From Lama guanicoe (taxonomy: Eukaryota): 64,000 nucleotides of DNA. The first letter of the stretch is position 1. Every line of letters begins with the position of its first letter. The position numbers and the translations under genes were made by a program. The stretch spans positions 4,330,677-4,394,676 of the forward strand of contig MU054117.1 in the NCBI GenBank assembly GCA_013239625.1. The letters are read 5' to 3'. Below, in pieces: positions 26,333-40,020 of this stretch. The notes below the pieces were generated by a model. The model saw only the letters and a program-made list of their open reading frames with translations, made no database searches and was not told the origin of the DNA.

Positions 26333-28702
26333 CTGGAAAAACACGAAGGGCAGAGAGTCAGGACGGGCCGGCCACACAGACACAGGCGTGCTTGTCCCAT
26401 CGGCAGGTGGACGGAGCCCGGGGCTTGCAGAGAGCCAGCGGGACCGGATGTTTGCATCTCTGTCCTCCGCCAGCCTCGCAGACGTGCCAAGTGGTCAGGA
26501 AGCGTCAACCACGGAGTCACTGCAGCTCCTGCACCTGCTGAAGAGACACAGCCCTGCCCTCCAAAAACTTCCACTTAAGGCCAAAAGGCAGGCCACGGGC
26601 ATGTTGAAGACAGCTCAGCGCACACTCGGCAGCAGTGGCGAGCTGAGCTGACGTTGACGATGGCCCAAATCCAGGCCCCACAGTGATGGGGAGAGCGTGC
26701 AGGACGCCTGGGGTCTGGACTCTGCCCTAACAGGGCTAACTGCCTGTACGAGATGATCCCGCACCTCTCCCCAGCGTGCAGAGCTGGGTTTCCCCAGCTG
26801 GCTACCTGACATTTGCCTGGTAGATTACAGGGCACAGGGAGACGAGACCAACCTTCCCCAGAAAGCCTGCCAGAGAGGCCAGCATCCTACAAGTGTGAAG
26901 TCGGCCAGGCTCTCTCGCCTCTTGGAGGTCCTCCAATCTGGCCAAAGCATTGAGAACTTGGATTGAAACCCTCCACTGAAGACTGAAGCCACGTACAAAG
27001 AACAGGCAAAGCAATGGTGGGTGAGGGTGTCCCAGGGGCCAAGAGGTGGGAACCCAGGGCCGGGCGGGAACCGAGGGCCGCGCTGCATCCTGGAGAGAAG
27101 GGGTGTCTGCAGCTGCTCAGGACGCACAGGGGAGCCGAGCCCACTCTGGTCCCCAAGCACATCCACAAGCAGGGCCAAGTCTGGAGACGCACACAGCGCT
27201 CGGTGTCACCCCAGCTGGTGCCTCGGAGCGTGAGGCCCCGGAGACCTGGCTCGACTTCACGCCGTCTCCATGGGACCTGCTCACAGCCCGAGCCACGTCA
27301 GAGCGGCGCCCGGTTGCCTTCGGGGTCTGAAAAGCCACGATGCGCTGAAGTCCAGGCTCAGTAAAGCCACGTGCAAGTGGAATTTGCGAGAAAGTGAAGC
27401 CTCCTCCCTGGCCTGCAGGAAGGAGCTGGCCGAACGGACAGAGAGGCAGAGACAGGGCCTCACGGGACAGAGGGAGAGAAAACGTGTGCAACCGTGGTGT
27501 GCGCCCACACACCCCCACTCTGCTTCTGAGGGGCCCCTGCCTTCCCCATTAATCCCCTTTGTATTTTAACCAGCTTGAGTGCTCTGTGTTCTTTGCGATC
27601 CAAACTGCACAAGATACACTGGGTGCCAGCTTTACTAAAACAGCCTCTAAACAGCACTCTTTTCCTGACAGTGTATTTCCCTTGCCTCCCGTGGCCTGTG
27701 GGAGGAGATGGATGGGTTTCCAAAACTCGGCGTTCCCACAAGGCACATCTGGATACCACAGCGTCATCTGCTCCCAAGGGAGCCTGGCAACCCCGCTCCT
27801 CTCCGTACCAGCAAAGGAGATGAACTGAAAGGATCCCCCCATTTTTGGCCTGGATCTCAGGCCCTCCGTCCCGCCCATCGCCAAGCCACACACACTTCCA
27901 AAACAGCACCAGGGGCGTCCCCACCACAAGGTGCGTGGACCTGCCTGCCCCGCCTGGTCTTCCTTTATCATCATCGTCTACTGATAATCACACAGTAACG
28001 GTAACAAAAACAGCACTGAACCAGCAAGCGGAATTCGGCCCACGGTCCCCCCCCGCAGACGCCTGCTCCTGCTCTCCAGTCTGCTCAGTCTTTAACGTGT
28101 AGGAATAAAGTGCCCAGGACACGCGGGAGCTTTGGGGGCAGGCCACGACCAGAAGAATTAAAAACTGAGCTCGGGGGTTAAAACCCCCAAATTATACCTC
28201 CACTTATAAACGTGCCTCGGCTTCAGGACCTCAGATTATAAACACGGTCTGAAAAATCACCAGTCCACGTAGAAACGCTATGGCCCACTGATGCTGGGAC
28301 AATCTCAGAAAATCCAGAACATATGTCCATAGTAGGTTTAGATCTTAACTTTCTCCTTAGATAGAAAGATCTCTTCTGAAGGGGGAAGAGAGAGGGGAAA
28401 AACTCAAGCCCCCTTTTCTAGGCAGTTAATCCACGTCTCTGCGTCAATCAGCTCCCCAGGCCTCTGGACTCGAGGCCATGCAGCAGGCGTGGCCATCAGC
28501 CAAGGGCCGAATCACAGAGGGAAGAGCCCGCAGCCCTCTCCTCGGGCTCCCTCCTCTCACCCAGCCACACCCCCTCCTCGCCCCCCACCTCTGGGCCTGA
28601 ACCAGAGGTTACTAAAGGGGCTCTCCTGCCCATTCCTGGGACCCCTCCCCTACTTCCCGGTCCCCTCGCCCCACGCTGTGACAGCCCCTCTGCCCCCCTC
28701 AC

Positions 28703-28852
28703 CGGCTGGCAGCTGTCTTCGCAGGGCTTCTGAGAGCACTGGGCCACACGGAGACCCATCACTGCATCCTCCAGGTCAGTGCAGGTGCACACGTCACAGC
28801 CCTCCTCCCAGAACTGGCCCACAGGGTAGACGGTGCCTCGGTGGACGCACAC
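28703..28852 (-). CDS. VWF: VWF exon 43 equivalent (C3)
   Basis: 150 nt, ag/gtgagg; [50 protein letters not shown]. Confidence 0.97.
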
Positions 28853-29260
28853 CTGCGGACACGGGGTTCCCATGAGTGCCTGCACTCAGTTAGGAAGCAC
28901 CAACCACGTGTGGGAAGCCACCCAGGCGCTGAGAACACAGCCATAAACGAACCAATGCGGTCTCTGCCCACATGGAGGGAGGCTTATGCAGCAGATTTTG
29001 CCCTCATCCCTCTCCAGCCCAGGAGCCGTAGACAGGCCATCTCCAGTCTCCCGGGAGTGGCCCCTTGTGAGTCCTCCACGGCCCACGAGCAGGCTGCCTC
29101 GATCCACGTTCACTGCTGCCTTAACTGCATTTAACCTCTTCCTGTGTCACATGGAGAGTGGTACCCTAATTCTCAGACCTAGTAATGTCCTTGGACGTGG
29201 AACCCACCCACGCATAGCCCTCTGCCCCATCAGGAGTGGTTGAAGCTGCTCAGTAAATAT

Positions 29261-29288
29261 TGGATGGATGGATGGATGGATGGATGGG
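29261..29288. repeat. (TGGA)n microsatellite
   Basis: tggatggatggatggatggatggatggg. Confidence 0.9.
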
Positions 29289-29612
29289 TAAATAGAAATT
29301 AACAAATGAGCATTAGCTAGTCTCTAAATAATGCAAGCAATCATATTATTTCCTTTGTTAACCTACAGAGAAGTTCTTTAAGTGAGGACCATGTCTTGTA
29401 CCTTGTTTGTAACCTCAGCACCTGGCCATGCTGAGAGCAGAGCAGACCCTCTGCAATTACCTCCTGAGCTAACCGGACCTCCGTTCAGGCCGAGATGGAA
29501 TGCTGACTGTGCCCCCGCCAGGCCACATAGCACTCGGTTCGGGCAGGGAGGCAAATCTTCCAGGAGGAGCAGGTGTCTGGCCATCTGCCAGCCAGAGGTG
29601 AGCAGCCCCTAC

Positions 29613-29818
29613 CTTGTCAGGGAGGCAGGTGGTCGTGGTGCAGCCGCAGTCGTTGGTGAGGGCCGAGGCCAGGTAGCCCCGTGGGCAGCTCACGGTGGAG
29701 CTGACGCAGTTACAAGCACACTCGTATTCCTCGCAGCACTGGGTCTTCCGAAGGGCCGGCATCCGGTGCGGGGGACAGGAGGGCGGGGGCCCCGTCTGGC
29801 ACTCCTCCTTCCTGCAGG
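29613..29818 (-). CDS. VWF: VWF exon 42 equivalent
   Basis: 206 nt, ag/gtaggg; (A)[68 protein letters not shown]. Confidence 0.97.
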
Positions 29819-30917
29819 CTGAGGGGCGGCACGAGGTGATGCCCTGGTCCTGCACACTGGGCACGGCACTCAGCCCGGGTTCCCAAGTGTTCAGCTAAAG
29901 GTCCCAGGGAACTCTAGCTCCTGGACATTAAATCTGAAATGCACGCACGAGCCCTGCTCAGAAGCTGCGGGATATTCAACCAGTCATACTGAAAACCAGC
30001 TCGTCTGCCAGAAAGTAAGGACATGAATCAGTAGGAGAAATGTGAGGCTAGTTTGATGGAGGAGAGGTGAAGGCTGCCCAGTGCCCCCTCCTCTGCCTCC
30101 CAGCCGGGTCCTTCCGGCTGTGGACTCCCACAGGTGCCAGACGTGGAGTCTCTAAGACCAGAGAGGCTGGGCACGCAGGTGCCGGCTGGCGTTCTCACAG
30201 GCTGGCGGCTTGAGTGGCCCTGTCCCCACCCTAGCAGCTACAGCAGTGACACCCTACAGTTTCAGGTCCTCCAGCAACGTTGAATGAAAGAACGACAGCG
30301 ATCCTGTCAAATCCGCAATGTCACGTTATCAAGGCCGAATCCCACGCTGTGCCTGCCTGTCCCCAGCCTCCTTCAAACACTACATGCTGTCCCCTACCCG
30401 AGGGCGTGCATCTAGGAACTCAGGTCAGCGTCTAAATCCACAGGACAAGAGGTGGGTGTTCTCGGTAGCTAAATTTGGATAGAATTCAGTTTGTTGATAT
30501 GTCTGCCTTTAGTCCATCCCAATGCTTAAATTGCAGTATTTAGAAATCAAATACACAAACACACAGAGGGACAAAAATCTACAAATTTCTTTTGCAATAA
30601 GATCCAGTGATGAGGACAAACCGTGGAACACGCCCTCCACTCCGTGGCCTCCAAGAGGGAGGATGGGAGAAAATGGAGACCTCATCACAGGCCCGCTGCC
30701 TCCTCATACGGCCCAAGAGCGGGGAGCCTGTCACCGCGCCCACACCCGGGGCCCCGTCGTTGCAGCAGCAGCTGGGAGGTTCTCAGAGGGTTCCGGGCAG
30801 GTGTGATCTCGCCCCTTCTGCTCCAGACACACCCCCAGCCCAGAGTCAGCTCACTAGATACAGGACAGGAGAGAGGGACTGCACCCCACCCTCCCCATCC
30901 AAGGAGGGAGGACTCAC

Positions 30918-31022
30918 CACAGGTGAAGTTGGGTCTACACTCGCCGGGATTGGTCAGCGTTAGCTGGAGGCCATCGGCACAGGGAGGCACCAGGGGCAGG
31001 TCACAGGTCACCAGGTCGCACA
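30918..31022 (-). CDS. VWF: VWF exon 41 equivalent (C2)
   Basis: 105 nt, ag/gtgagt; (V)[34 protein letters not shown]. Confidence 0.96.
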
Positions 31023-31501
31023 CTGAGGGCCGGGAGAGAGGGATGCGCACACCACTCTGCGAGGCTGCTCTTGTCCTATTGTGAGTGGCCTCTGCACTAC
31101 ATCCCTGCTCACAGGGATCTCTCCGGTTTCACGTATATGGTGATGATGAGATGGAAGTGGAGATGCAGAGAGAGAGAGCTGATGACAGACAGATAGGGAC
31201 CCCAGACCTCGGCCAAGTCACTTGAACCGTCTGGACCTCAGGATCATCTTCTGTAAGGTGGGATGTCTACTTCACAGGGTCAGTCTCCATGTCGTGAAAT
31301 AATGAAGGCAAAGTGCTTGGCACATTGGAGAAGCTTAAAAATATCCATCAAATGAGGGCCTTGAACTAAATGACCCCCAGTTCCCTCTACTGTGAACATC
31401 CTAAGATTTACTTTCCATAAATTGCTCTCAAGGCAGATCCACCCCACCAGGGGGCACCTGCTTATCCCTGATAAATTTCACCAGCATAAAGAACTGTCTC
31501 A

Positions 31502-31613
31502 AGAATACGAAAATGAATACACGCATCTGCGTGTGTGCCTGAAGCATTATCGTGTACACCGGAAATTGACACATTGTAAACTGACTACACCTCAATAAAA
31601 AAAATTAAACAAG
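31502..31613 (+). mobile_element. Short 5'-truncated L1 3' end with TSD
   Basis: ...gtacaccggaaattgacacattgtaaactgactacacctcaataaaaaaaa, flanked by aagaactgtctca (31489-31501) and aagagctgtctca (31614-31626). Confidence 0.7.
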
Positions 31614-31994
31614 AAGAGCTGTCTCAGATTATTTCTTTTCTAGATCCTCAGTCTGTCCCTCGATCCATCTGCTCTCCCTCAAAGGTTCGTATGGTCGCAA
31701 ATTTCACTCGCCCGTGCTTTATGGCTTCATCCGGACGATCAGAAACACACCGGACAGGACAGGGACAGGGCGCTAGAGGTTTCTGGCCTGTTAAGCATAA
31801 TTCCATCAGCTCTGGATTCATTTAATTACACCGTTATTCAGCCCATTTTGCACAATGTAACTTGCAAGCCTATAATGAACCCCTTTGACAAATAACTTGC
31901 TGAAACCATGGTGCCCGTGTGCGGCCTCCTCTGCGGTCACTTTGGTAGGACTGGCTCCTCAGTAAATCCCTCGCCCCCCTCCCCCCAGTGATCA

Positions 31995-32530
31995 CTCTGT
32001 TCTCTGCAGGTAGAGCTGACGCACAACATTACGTAAGCCTCAGGCGTACAACACAGCGAGTCACCATTTTTAAAGGTGGTTGCTCCCGTCACGGTTACTG
32101 TAAGACACTGGCTGTCTTCCCCGTGCTGGACAGTACATCCTTGTATCTTACTTATTTCATACACAGTAGTTTGTACCTGTTAACCCCCTACCCCTCCCCG
32201 TCTCCCCACTGGTAACCACCACTACTTTCTTCTCGGTACCCGTTATTCTGTTTCTTTCTGTTGCGTTCACCAGTCTGCTGCATGTTTCAGTCCACACGTA
32301 AGGGATCTCACACACTAGCTGTCTGACTTACTTCACTAAGCAAGCTACCCTTCACGTCTACTGATGTCGTTGCAAACGGCAACACTTTCATCTTTTAATG
32401 TCTGAGTGGTGTTCCATGGTAAGCATACACCCCATCCTCTTCAACCAGGCATCTGTCGATGGGCAGTCAGGTTGCTTCTGCATCTTGGCTACTGCAGACA
32501 GCGCTGCTGGGAACTCTGCACCCCACTGCT
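31995..32530 (-). mobile_element. L1 3' end fragment
   Basis: Typical antisense L1 3' text (ccactggtaaccacc...ttacttcactaagc...gttgcttctgcatcttggctact). Confidence 0.7.
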
Positions 32531-32742
32531 TTTCATGCTCTGCAACCTTACACTCAGCAAGTCCCTGCAGGGTTTTTCTAGGAAGCAAATCGTTTTCCAG
32601 AGGCTACTCTCTCCAAGGTTTGGAAAGTCCACAGCCCTTTCCCAACCACCCGTGACATCGGTGGCATCGGTGGTACCCTTGGCTCCCCGGGGCGGAGCTG
32701 GGGTGGGACCTGGAGAGAGGCCGGGGGGAGGGGGACACGTAC

Positions 32743-32817
32743 CACACTCGTACTCGGGGCAGCACTGGCGCGAGCCCTGGCGGAGACGGGCCACTTCACA
32801 CGGGCCGCACGCGGGAG
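32743..32817 (-). CDS. VWF: VWF exon 40 equivalent
   Basis: 75 nt, ag/gtacgt; (A)PACGPCEVARLRQGSRQCCPEYEC. Confidence 0.95.
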
Positions 32818-33167
32818 CTGGGGGAGAAGAGGCCACAGGGCTCAGGGAAGTGGGTAACGGTACACGCTGTGGACTCTGGCCCACGGGTACCCAGCACAGG
32901 CCCTGCGAGGCAGGAGTCGGGCGTGGGCCCTCTGACCGTGGGTCTCCCCGCTGTGTCCTGCTGTCCCCCTTGTGTGCCCTCAGGAGACCGAGACTGAGGG
33001 CCAAGGTGGGGATGGGGGCAGGCTCACCCTGAGAGCTCCACCCCACATGCAGACAGGGGACCCCAGCCCAGAGAGGCAAGGAGGGCAGGGCTGGCAAGGA
33101 GACATCCACATTTGGACCTAGTCCACCAGGTCTGAAGACAGGGCGCCCTTCGGGGAGGGGCACTCAC

Positions 33168-33270
33168 CTCTGGCCGTGGGGCAGGGCTGCGCCGTGCAGT
33201 TGACCCTCCGCCCGCTGAGACACGTGCAGATCTGGCAGGGCTGGTGGTCCGGGACCCACGTTTCTAGGAA
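33168..33270 (-). CDS. VWF: VWF exon 39 equivalent (C1)
   Basis: 103 nt, ag/gtgagt; [34 protein letters not shown]. Confidence 0.96.
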
Positions 33271-34449
33271 CTGAGGGAAAAGGAGGTTCAGAGAGGAACC
33301 AGGGCACTGGGGACACAAAGCCCAGGCCTTCATGGAAGTCGGGTCCCCCCAACCTCTGGCTTGGTCTCCTGGGATGGGGAGGCGGAGCCTGAGCCACGCC
33401 TGTGTCAGAGCCGCGCAGGCGAACCCGGGCAGGCTGACAGATGCTGTGGGGTCCCGAGAAGGAGGGGCACCAGGGGCGCCTGGGGAGACCAGCCCCCACC
33501 GCTTCATACCCTCAGGAAGGACAAACCCCAGACTTCAGAAAACGTGGAGCTCTCCTGCAGCCTTCCCTGATGGTGGCTTTGAAACCAAGCAAGGCCAGAA
33601 ACGCAAATTCCCCTGTCAGCCCGCTGGCCACCTCCCAAGCCAAAGGAGAGGCTGGGATGCAGCTTGGAGAGATTCCACACGTTTCTGCAGTTGATTTTAG
33701 ACTGTGGAGCAGGGAGGGTTGAAGCAGGGACAGCAAAACTCTCAGAATCGTGACATTATTGGGGCTGGGTGTGATTTTTGAGACCCACGTGCATTTCCAG
33801 GCGAGGCTCCTCCTGGCTGGTAAAGAGACACTCTCAGGGCTGCGCGCACCCCCACTACATGAGGGCTTCGAGGTCAGGGGGCCGCACCCCGCTGCGCTGC
33901 TGCCTGGCTCCCTCCTGCCCGCCTGCCTCTCTGGACGGCCCGGGACAGGAGGCGGTGACAGCAGAGCCCAGACGGGGTCTCCCTCTAGCCTCGGCCATCA
34001 CGTGAAACTATGGTTAAATCGTCCCTGAATAAACGCATTCGTATCCAGCAGCTCAAAGTCCGCTAAAAAGTTCCCAGGTCAAGAAGGTCTTGCTTATTCC
34101 GTCAGCTTCCCAGTCAGCACCAGTGGCTGAGAGGAAGGAAATGCATGATCGCCGAGTAAACCCCCTCCTACGAGCTGCCCACCCTCCATCCTCGGAGGGA
34201 CTAAACCTCAGATGCAGCCCCTTGACACCCTCCACTCAGTCCGCCCATACAACAGCCCCCGCCCGTCGGGGGCAGGTGCTGCACGGCAAGATTTAAGGGC
34301 TTTACGTAAACCACCCATTCAATCCTCACCGCAGCCCCACAACCGAGACATTCTTACTATTGTCCCCACTTGTCAAGTGAGAAAGCTGAGGCGCTTGCGA
34401 GGGGTCACGCCGTCACAGCACAGAGCGGAGGCTGGGACCCACAATCCGC

Positions 34450-34735
34450 CTTCCCCCAACAAAAAGCACAGAATATACATGCTTTCAAAGTGCACCGGGA
34501 ACATTCTCTAAGATGGACCACATACGCAGACACAAAAGAAGCCTCAGCACATTAAAGAGGACAGAAATTATTTCACGTGTCTTTTCTGACCACAGTGGCA
34601 TGAAACTAGAAAGCAACCACAGAAAGAAACATGGAAAAAAAAAAGATCGCATGGAGACTGAACAACAGGCTGCTAAAATCCCAGTGGGCCAACGATTAAA
34701 TCAAAGAAGAAATTTAAAAATACCTTGAGGCAGAA
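34450..34735 (+). mobile_element. L1 ORF2 endonuclease-region fragment
   Basis: Translates to MDHIRRHKRSLSTLKRTEIISRVFSDHSGMKLESNHRKK, resembling the L1 endonuclease IDH...FSDH motif. Confidence 0.8.
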
Positions 34736-35079
34736 TCCGCCATTTTTTTTAAATACTGGGCTCTGATGCTTCCCAGTGACAAGCAGCATTAAATACGTTC
34801 GAGGTGCTTCCCTTACTCGCTGTGTCTTCCTTCCAATAGCCCTGCAGGTGAGTATGACTGTGATATACATCGGCCAGTGATGACTCTGAGGCTCAGGAAA
34901 GGAACTCGGCCAGCTGGGACAGCCAGGATGTGGCCCCAGACACCACGTGCTCCCTCTCTCTCTCCAGACTGCCACCACCGGGCACGGCACGGACGCCGTG
35001 GGGCTGTGGGAGGGACCAGCACTGAGCACATAGTCCCAGCCCTCCAAGTGACTGACGCGTAAGCCGAAGAAGTAAGACT

Positions 35080-35520
35080 CAGCCGTGAAAAGTTGAGTGA
35101 GATCAGTAAACTGTGACAGGGCCACGCCACGGAATACTGCTCAGCCATCAGAATAAACCCTGGACCACACGACAAGCACGGATCTGGAAAGTGTGATGCT
35201 GAGTGAAAAGAAGCCAGACAAAGGGGAATAAACACTGCATGATTCCACTTCTATAAAATTCCAGACAACATAAATGAATCTATGGTGACAGGAGGCAAAC
35301 CAGTGGCTGCCTGGCGGTGGGAGATGGGGGTCGGGGTGTATTAAAAAGGGGCGTCGGGAAACTTTTGGAGGTGACAGGGATTTTTGTCATCTTGACTGTG
35401 ACGACAGTTTTCTGGGTGCACACTTGTCAAAACCCATCAAATTGTACATTTATATTTGGTGCTATTTACTGTCTGTAAACTCTGCTTCAATAAACCTGAT
35501 TTTTAAAAAAAATTAAAGAT
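35080..35520 (+). mobile_element. Old L1M 3' end
   Basis: ggaatactgctcagccatca...gctgagtgaaaagaagccagaca...gattccacttctataaaattc...aataaa. Confidence 0.7.
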
Positions 35521-38500
35521 AAAAGAGCCCTAGGAGTGCAAAAATAGAGTTCCCTAGGGGTGGGGGCTCCAGAGAGGCCTCAGGGAGGCGCACCTGTGAA
35601 GGGAGGGGAGGAGCCGGGCAAAGGGGAGGGAGAGGAACTCCAGAAACGCCCTTGGGGGTCCTCCCCATTCACTTCAGGAGGTTGTGCTGAACTTGGGCAA
35701 CACGCAGCCTTGAGGCTTTGCGAGCAGGACTCGCCTCAAAGGGAAGGGACTTAAACAGGGACAAGCCTGGCACGAGTGAGCAGGTGCAGAGGGTGGGACG
35801 AAGACAAGGAAACCAGAAGAGAGGCCGCAGGGGCTGCTGTGCCAGCTTCTCCAAGAGGCTGGGGCGGCCCAGGAGGGGCACAGGGCGCTGGGCTCGGAGG
35901 CCCGGGACGGGGAACCCAGGCAGAGTCGGGGAGCACGGGGGCACCTCTCCCATCCCCACCCTCCCTCTTCCCTGCTCTCTTACACTGAAGGTGATGCCCA
36001 GAAAAAGGTAAATCGTGGCATCTATATTTAGAGTTTTAAATGGCAAAAGTGATGAGATAAGAAAGGAGGTATATATTTATATATTGGGGTTTTTTTTCCC
36101 TGTTTCTAAAAGTGAACTTCAGACACTGAAAATTCAGAAAGGAAGAATACAACTTTCCAACTATCTTGGGCAACATCACAACAGATGACCAAGAGCAGGT
36201 GTTAAACCTCCTCCTTCAGGGATTTCTGTTTTCCCAGTAAGTTTTAATGAGGCAGGAGACAGAACCTATGGCCCCTGAAAAAGCCCTTTCCAGCGAGGGC
36301 TAAGCTGCTAGAAGCGCCCGCAGCCAGCTCTCCAGCCGCACACCTGGCGGGTCGTGCAGCCAACGGGCCAGCAGGTGGCAGTCTTGCGCCAGGACGGGCC
36401 GACCCCCGGGAGCCCCGTCTCTGCCCCGGGGTTCCGGGGGGCCCGGGCGTGACTGTACCTGGGCAGGAGAACGGGTGAGAGAGTTGGCCGGAGTTAAAGG
36501 CTGACCAACAATGACATAAGAACACCTGCAGAGAACGCGGCAAGGGACACGTGAAGCCTCCAGAGCCTGAGGTCGCAGAAGGGACTTGGCAAGCCATCGC
36601 GCACCGCCCTCCACGGCCCGCGCTTGCGGGGACACGCGGATCTAACGTCAGCGCCGAGCCCGCGGGACACCAGGCCCCAGAGAGGAAACGGAGGCTCGGG
36701 CGCACGTCCGGGTGAGGGAGGCGTGGAGCGGAGCAGGAGCAGTGACTGCCCCGCACTGGGTGGCACCCCACCCCAGCCCCACCCCCACCACTGATGGCGC
36801 CCCTGGATCCCTTCTGAGCCGCTACAAAGATTCACATCTTCAGAGTGCATTTTGTAAAATAAACAAGAGCTATGGAAACTGGTAAATATTTTGCCTTCCG
36901 AAGTTCCCGCAGGAGATTTATACCCTGGGTTATTTCCCCGAGGAAACGTTTTCTAGGCTGTACTTCTTCAGTTTAAAGAAAATTCATTTAATGGAAATGT
37001 TCTTCATATGAGGGTTTGATTCTTTCTCTGCTTTGGAAGTAAAAGCTGAAATCACAGATGGCTGGATATCTGTTTTCGTCCATTTAAATTGTATTTTGTG
37101 AAACAACGAAAACCGGCTGTGTTCCCTGCATAGTTTTTTATTAACTAGTTTTATGTCACTTGATTTTAAAATACATTTATGAGACTCTTCTGTGTCCAAA
37201 GTTCTGCACTACTTGGATGCACTCTTCACAAGACTCCGAGGCATGTTCCAACGTGTTGGACGAGAGAGGAGCAGCGAAAGAGGAAGAGGGTCAGAGGGGA
37301 GGGGTGGGGAAAGAGGGGTAGAGACACTAAGATCAAATTCACAAGCTTCCTGCTTTCAGGACCCTGCAGACATCTGACACTCATGGAGCCAGAAATGCAA
37401 ACTTGAGCCTCCTTCTCATCACAGATGCCAAGGAAGAGGAGTGGAGACCACTTCTGCCTCCCTCTGAGGACACCCTGCCACCAACAGCAAACACCAGCCC
37501 GAAGCTACCGCTGGGTGTCACACCACGTGACAGCGGTGCACGTCACCTGAGCCCAGCGGGAGCCACGAGCTCTGCAGGTCAGGTTTTGTCCACTCGTTTG
37601 GGGAACATTATGGTCCAGTTGAAGTCCGGCAGTAGAGGTGACTGCGCTTCCCTCCTAGTTACCCTGTGAGAACAAACAGGATCCACCAGGACAAAGCCCA
37701 CAGCAAAACCGAGTCGACGGCACCATCCAAGTAACAGCCTAACGGACGTCCTGCTTACACGGATGCCCGGGCAGCTCAGAGCTCAGCTCACAGTCCCCGA
37801 GAGACCAGTGGCGGGGCTAGGACACTGTGGGGCGCCCTGCAGTGGTGAATCGGAATCCCAGTGTTATCACCTCATGCCATCTGAGCCTGTTTCCTCATCC
37901 ATTCAATGGAACGTGTGATAATTACCCTACGGAGCTTTGGGGACAATCATATGAAATGGATGTTCCCTGGCTTATTTCAGGAACAGAATAGTTTATTACT
38001 AGAATTACTGTTTTCATCATTCCCCGGGTTGGTTAGCTAGCTTCACCATGAGTTCTTGTAGTGATAAAACATAGTGCTACGTCACCCCACCTGGTCAACT
38101 TAGGGATTAAGGTGCTTCCTGGGTGATGGTGGAGATGGTAGATCTTGGGTGCAGACCACGATCGTGGACCACATCCTCCTTTGCTAGAAGCCAAATGTGC
38201 TCCCCTCTACCATGCTCTGCGGTATCACCTCCAGGACGAAGGACAGGACCACTCCCCACATTCACACGTCCACAGACACACGCTGCCCTAATCCGACAGT
38301 GTAATGCCGGCAACTCTGGAGACAGGACTGCCATCTGAGGCCAAGATGAAGGAGTTTGGTAAACAGCCTTTCAAAATAATGACTCCTAAAAGGCTGAAAG
38401 GATGGATGACTTCCAAGCAAATCGGCCCAAAGGAGACCTAGCAAAAGGGAAATTTCATACATCAGAAAGAGCAAGCCCTTTGGAGTCAGACGGAGCTTCA

Positions 38501-39282
38501 AGTACTGACTCCAACCTCCAACTCCGTCACTTACAAACTGAGTCCGTGGGCAAAGTACCAAGCTCTCCAAGCCTTCGACTCCTCGGAGATGTTCTGTACT
38601 TACGAGATGATGTAACATACACTAGTGTGTCCTGTGGAACCCTAGTCCGAGGAGATGCTGTGTGCGTGCATGCGCGTGTGCACACACACACACTGACGCT
38701 CACACTCACTCCACCACACACACAATTCCATGGTCTCTTAGTCTGAGAAGCTGGAGATGCTCTTCAACTCCTGCAATGTACCTGAGCTCATTAAAAGCTC
38801 TAATAAAGAAACTAGTCTCACTTGCTTATTAGCTGGTGTTCTTTAAACCTTCTCACCCACAGGTAACCATTAATACCCTGCCTGCAAAAACACCTTAGAA
38901 AAACGTTGAAATAATGAACATGTCGTGCTTGGTACAATGCAAGGCGCACCCCATGTCTCAATGATGGTAGACACCACCGTGCAAAATACTCTTTTCCCAC
39001 CCCCTCCTGGGTTCCTAGCATTTGACTTACGGGACTGTAATGACAAAATCTATAGTAGCGGTGATGCGTTCTTACACTCCGGTGTCTGATCACACAGCTA
39101 ACACGTGACAGACCTGGGATCTGAACCAAGATGTGTCCGACTCCAAAGCCATTATGCCACACACCCTGTCCCTCGGAGAGCCCTGCTGCCAGGGTTGGGA
39201 GGAGCCAGTCACCGGTGAGCACGGCCCCTACTGAACCCAGAGGGAAGCAGCCCCGCGGGAGGCGAGCGCGCAGGGCTCCTAC

Positions 39283-39482
39283 CTGGTGCCGGGTTCCATC
39301 GTCACCGACACACTGGGTGCAGGCCTCCTCGGGGACACAGCCACCTTTCAGCATCACCTGGTGCGGGGGGCAGAAGCAGCCTTCCGAGGGGTGGTCCCCG
39401 CAGGAGCTGGAATTGCCCTCACAGTGCTGGGGGCAGCGGGACTCACAGTGGTTGTACACCAGGGACGGCGGGCAGGACACAG
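39283..39482 (-). CDS. VWF: VWF exon 38 equivalent (TIL4)
   Basis: 200 nt, ag/gtagga; (A)[66 protein letters not shown]. Confidence 0.97.
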
Positions 39483-39639
39483 CTGCAGGGGCGGAAGGGG
39501 GTCAGTCTCGAGGCTTCGCACCCACCAGACAGAAGCAGGCACAGCTAACTCAAGGTGGGGGACCTTCTGACAAACCCGCTGCAGCAGAAGCGGCTGGTGT
39601 CCACCAATTTTCACTCTCCCCGACGTCCATAAAAATAGG

Positions 39640-40020
39640 CCTTTAAGCTGCTGGCACGTGACCGCCCATAACACAGGTGACATTTCCCAGCCTCCCTTGT
39701 AGCTAAGTGTAGTCCTGTGACTAAGCTCTGACCAGTGAACAAGTGCAGACTCTCAGGGTAGCTTCTGGGGATGGTTTCCTGAAAGATGCTGTGCCTTCGT
39801 CCCTATTCCCTCCTTCCTCTCATCCGCCGCTTGGAACCTGGATGTGATGGGGAGAGCTCCCTCCTAAACCATGAGGAAAGGGCACACCCAGGTGAGGGTG
39901 GAGCGAAAAACCAGACTCCACTTTGAGACCCAGAAACAGCTGGAGCCAGCTCCCTCTGACCAGCTGTGGGACAGAGAACTTCACTTCTCTCCTACGTGCA
40001 GCCAAGTTTAGTCCCAGCTG
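39640..40020. mobile_element. MaLR LTR (MLT1-like) relic
   Basis: catttcccagcctcccttgtagctaagtgtagtcctgtgactaagctctgaccagtg. Confidence 0.5.

Noticed and set aside
19600..28100. Many 100-275 aa ORFs in GC-rich VWF introns (e.g. 24677..25504, 22329..23054)
   Set aside because: They are Pro/Gly/Arg/Ser-rich and overlap in several frames, as expected by chance in GC-rich DNA, and show no recognisable domains.
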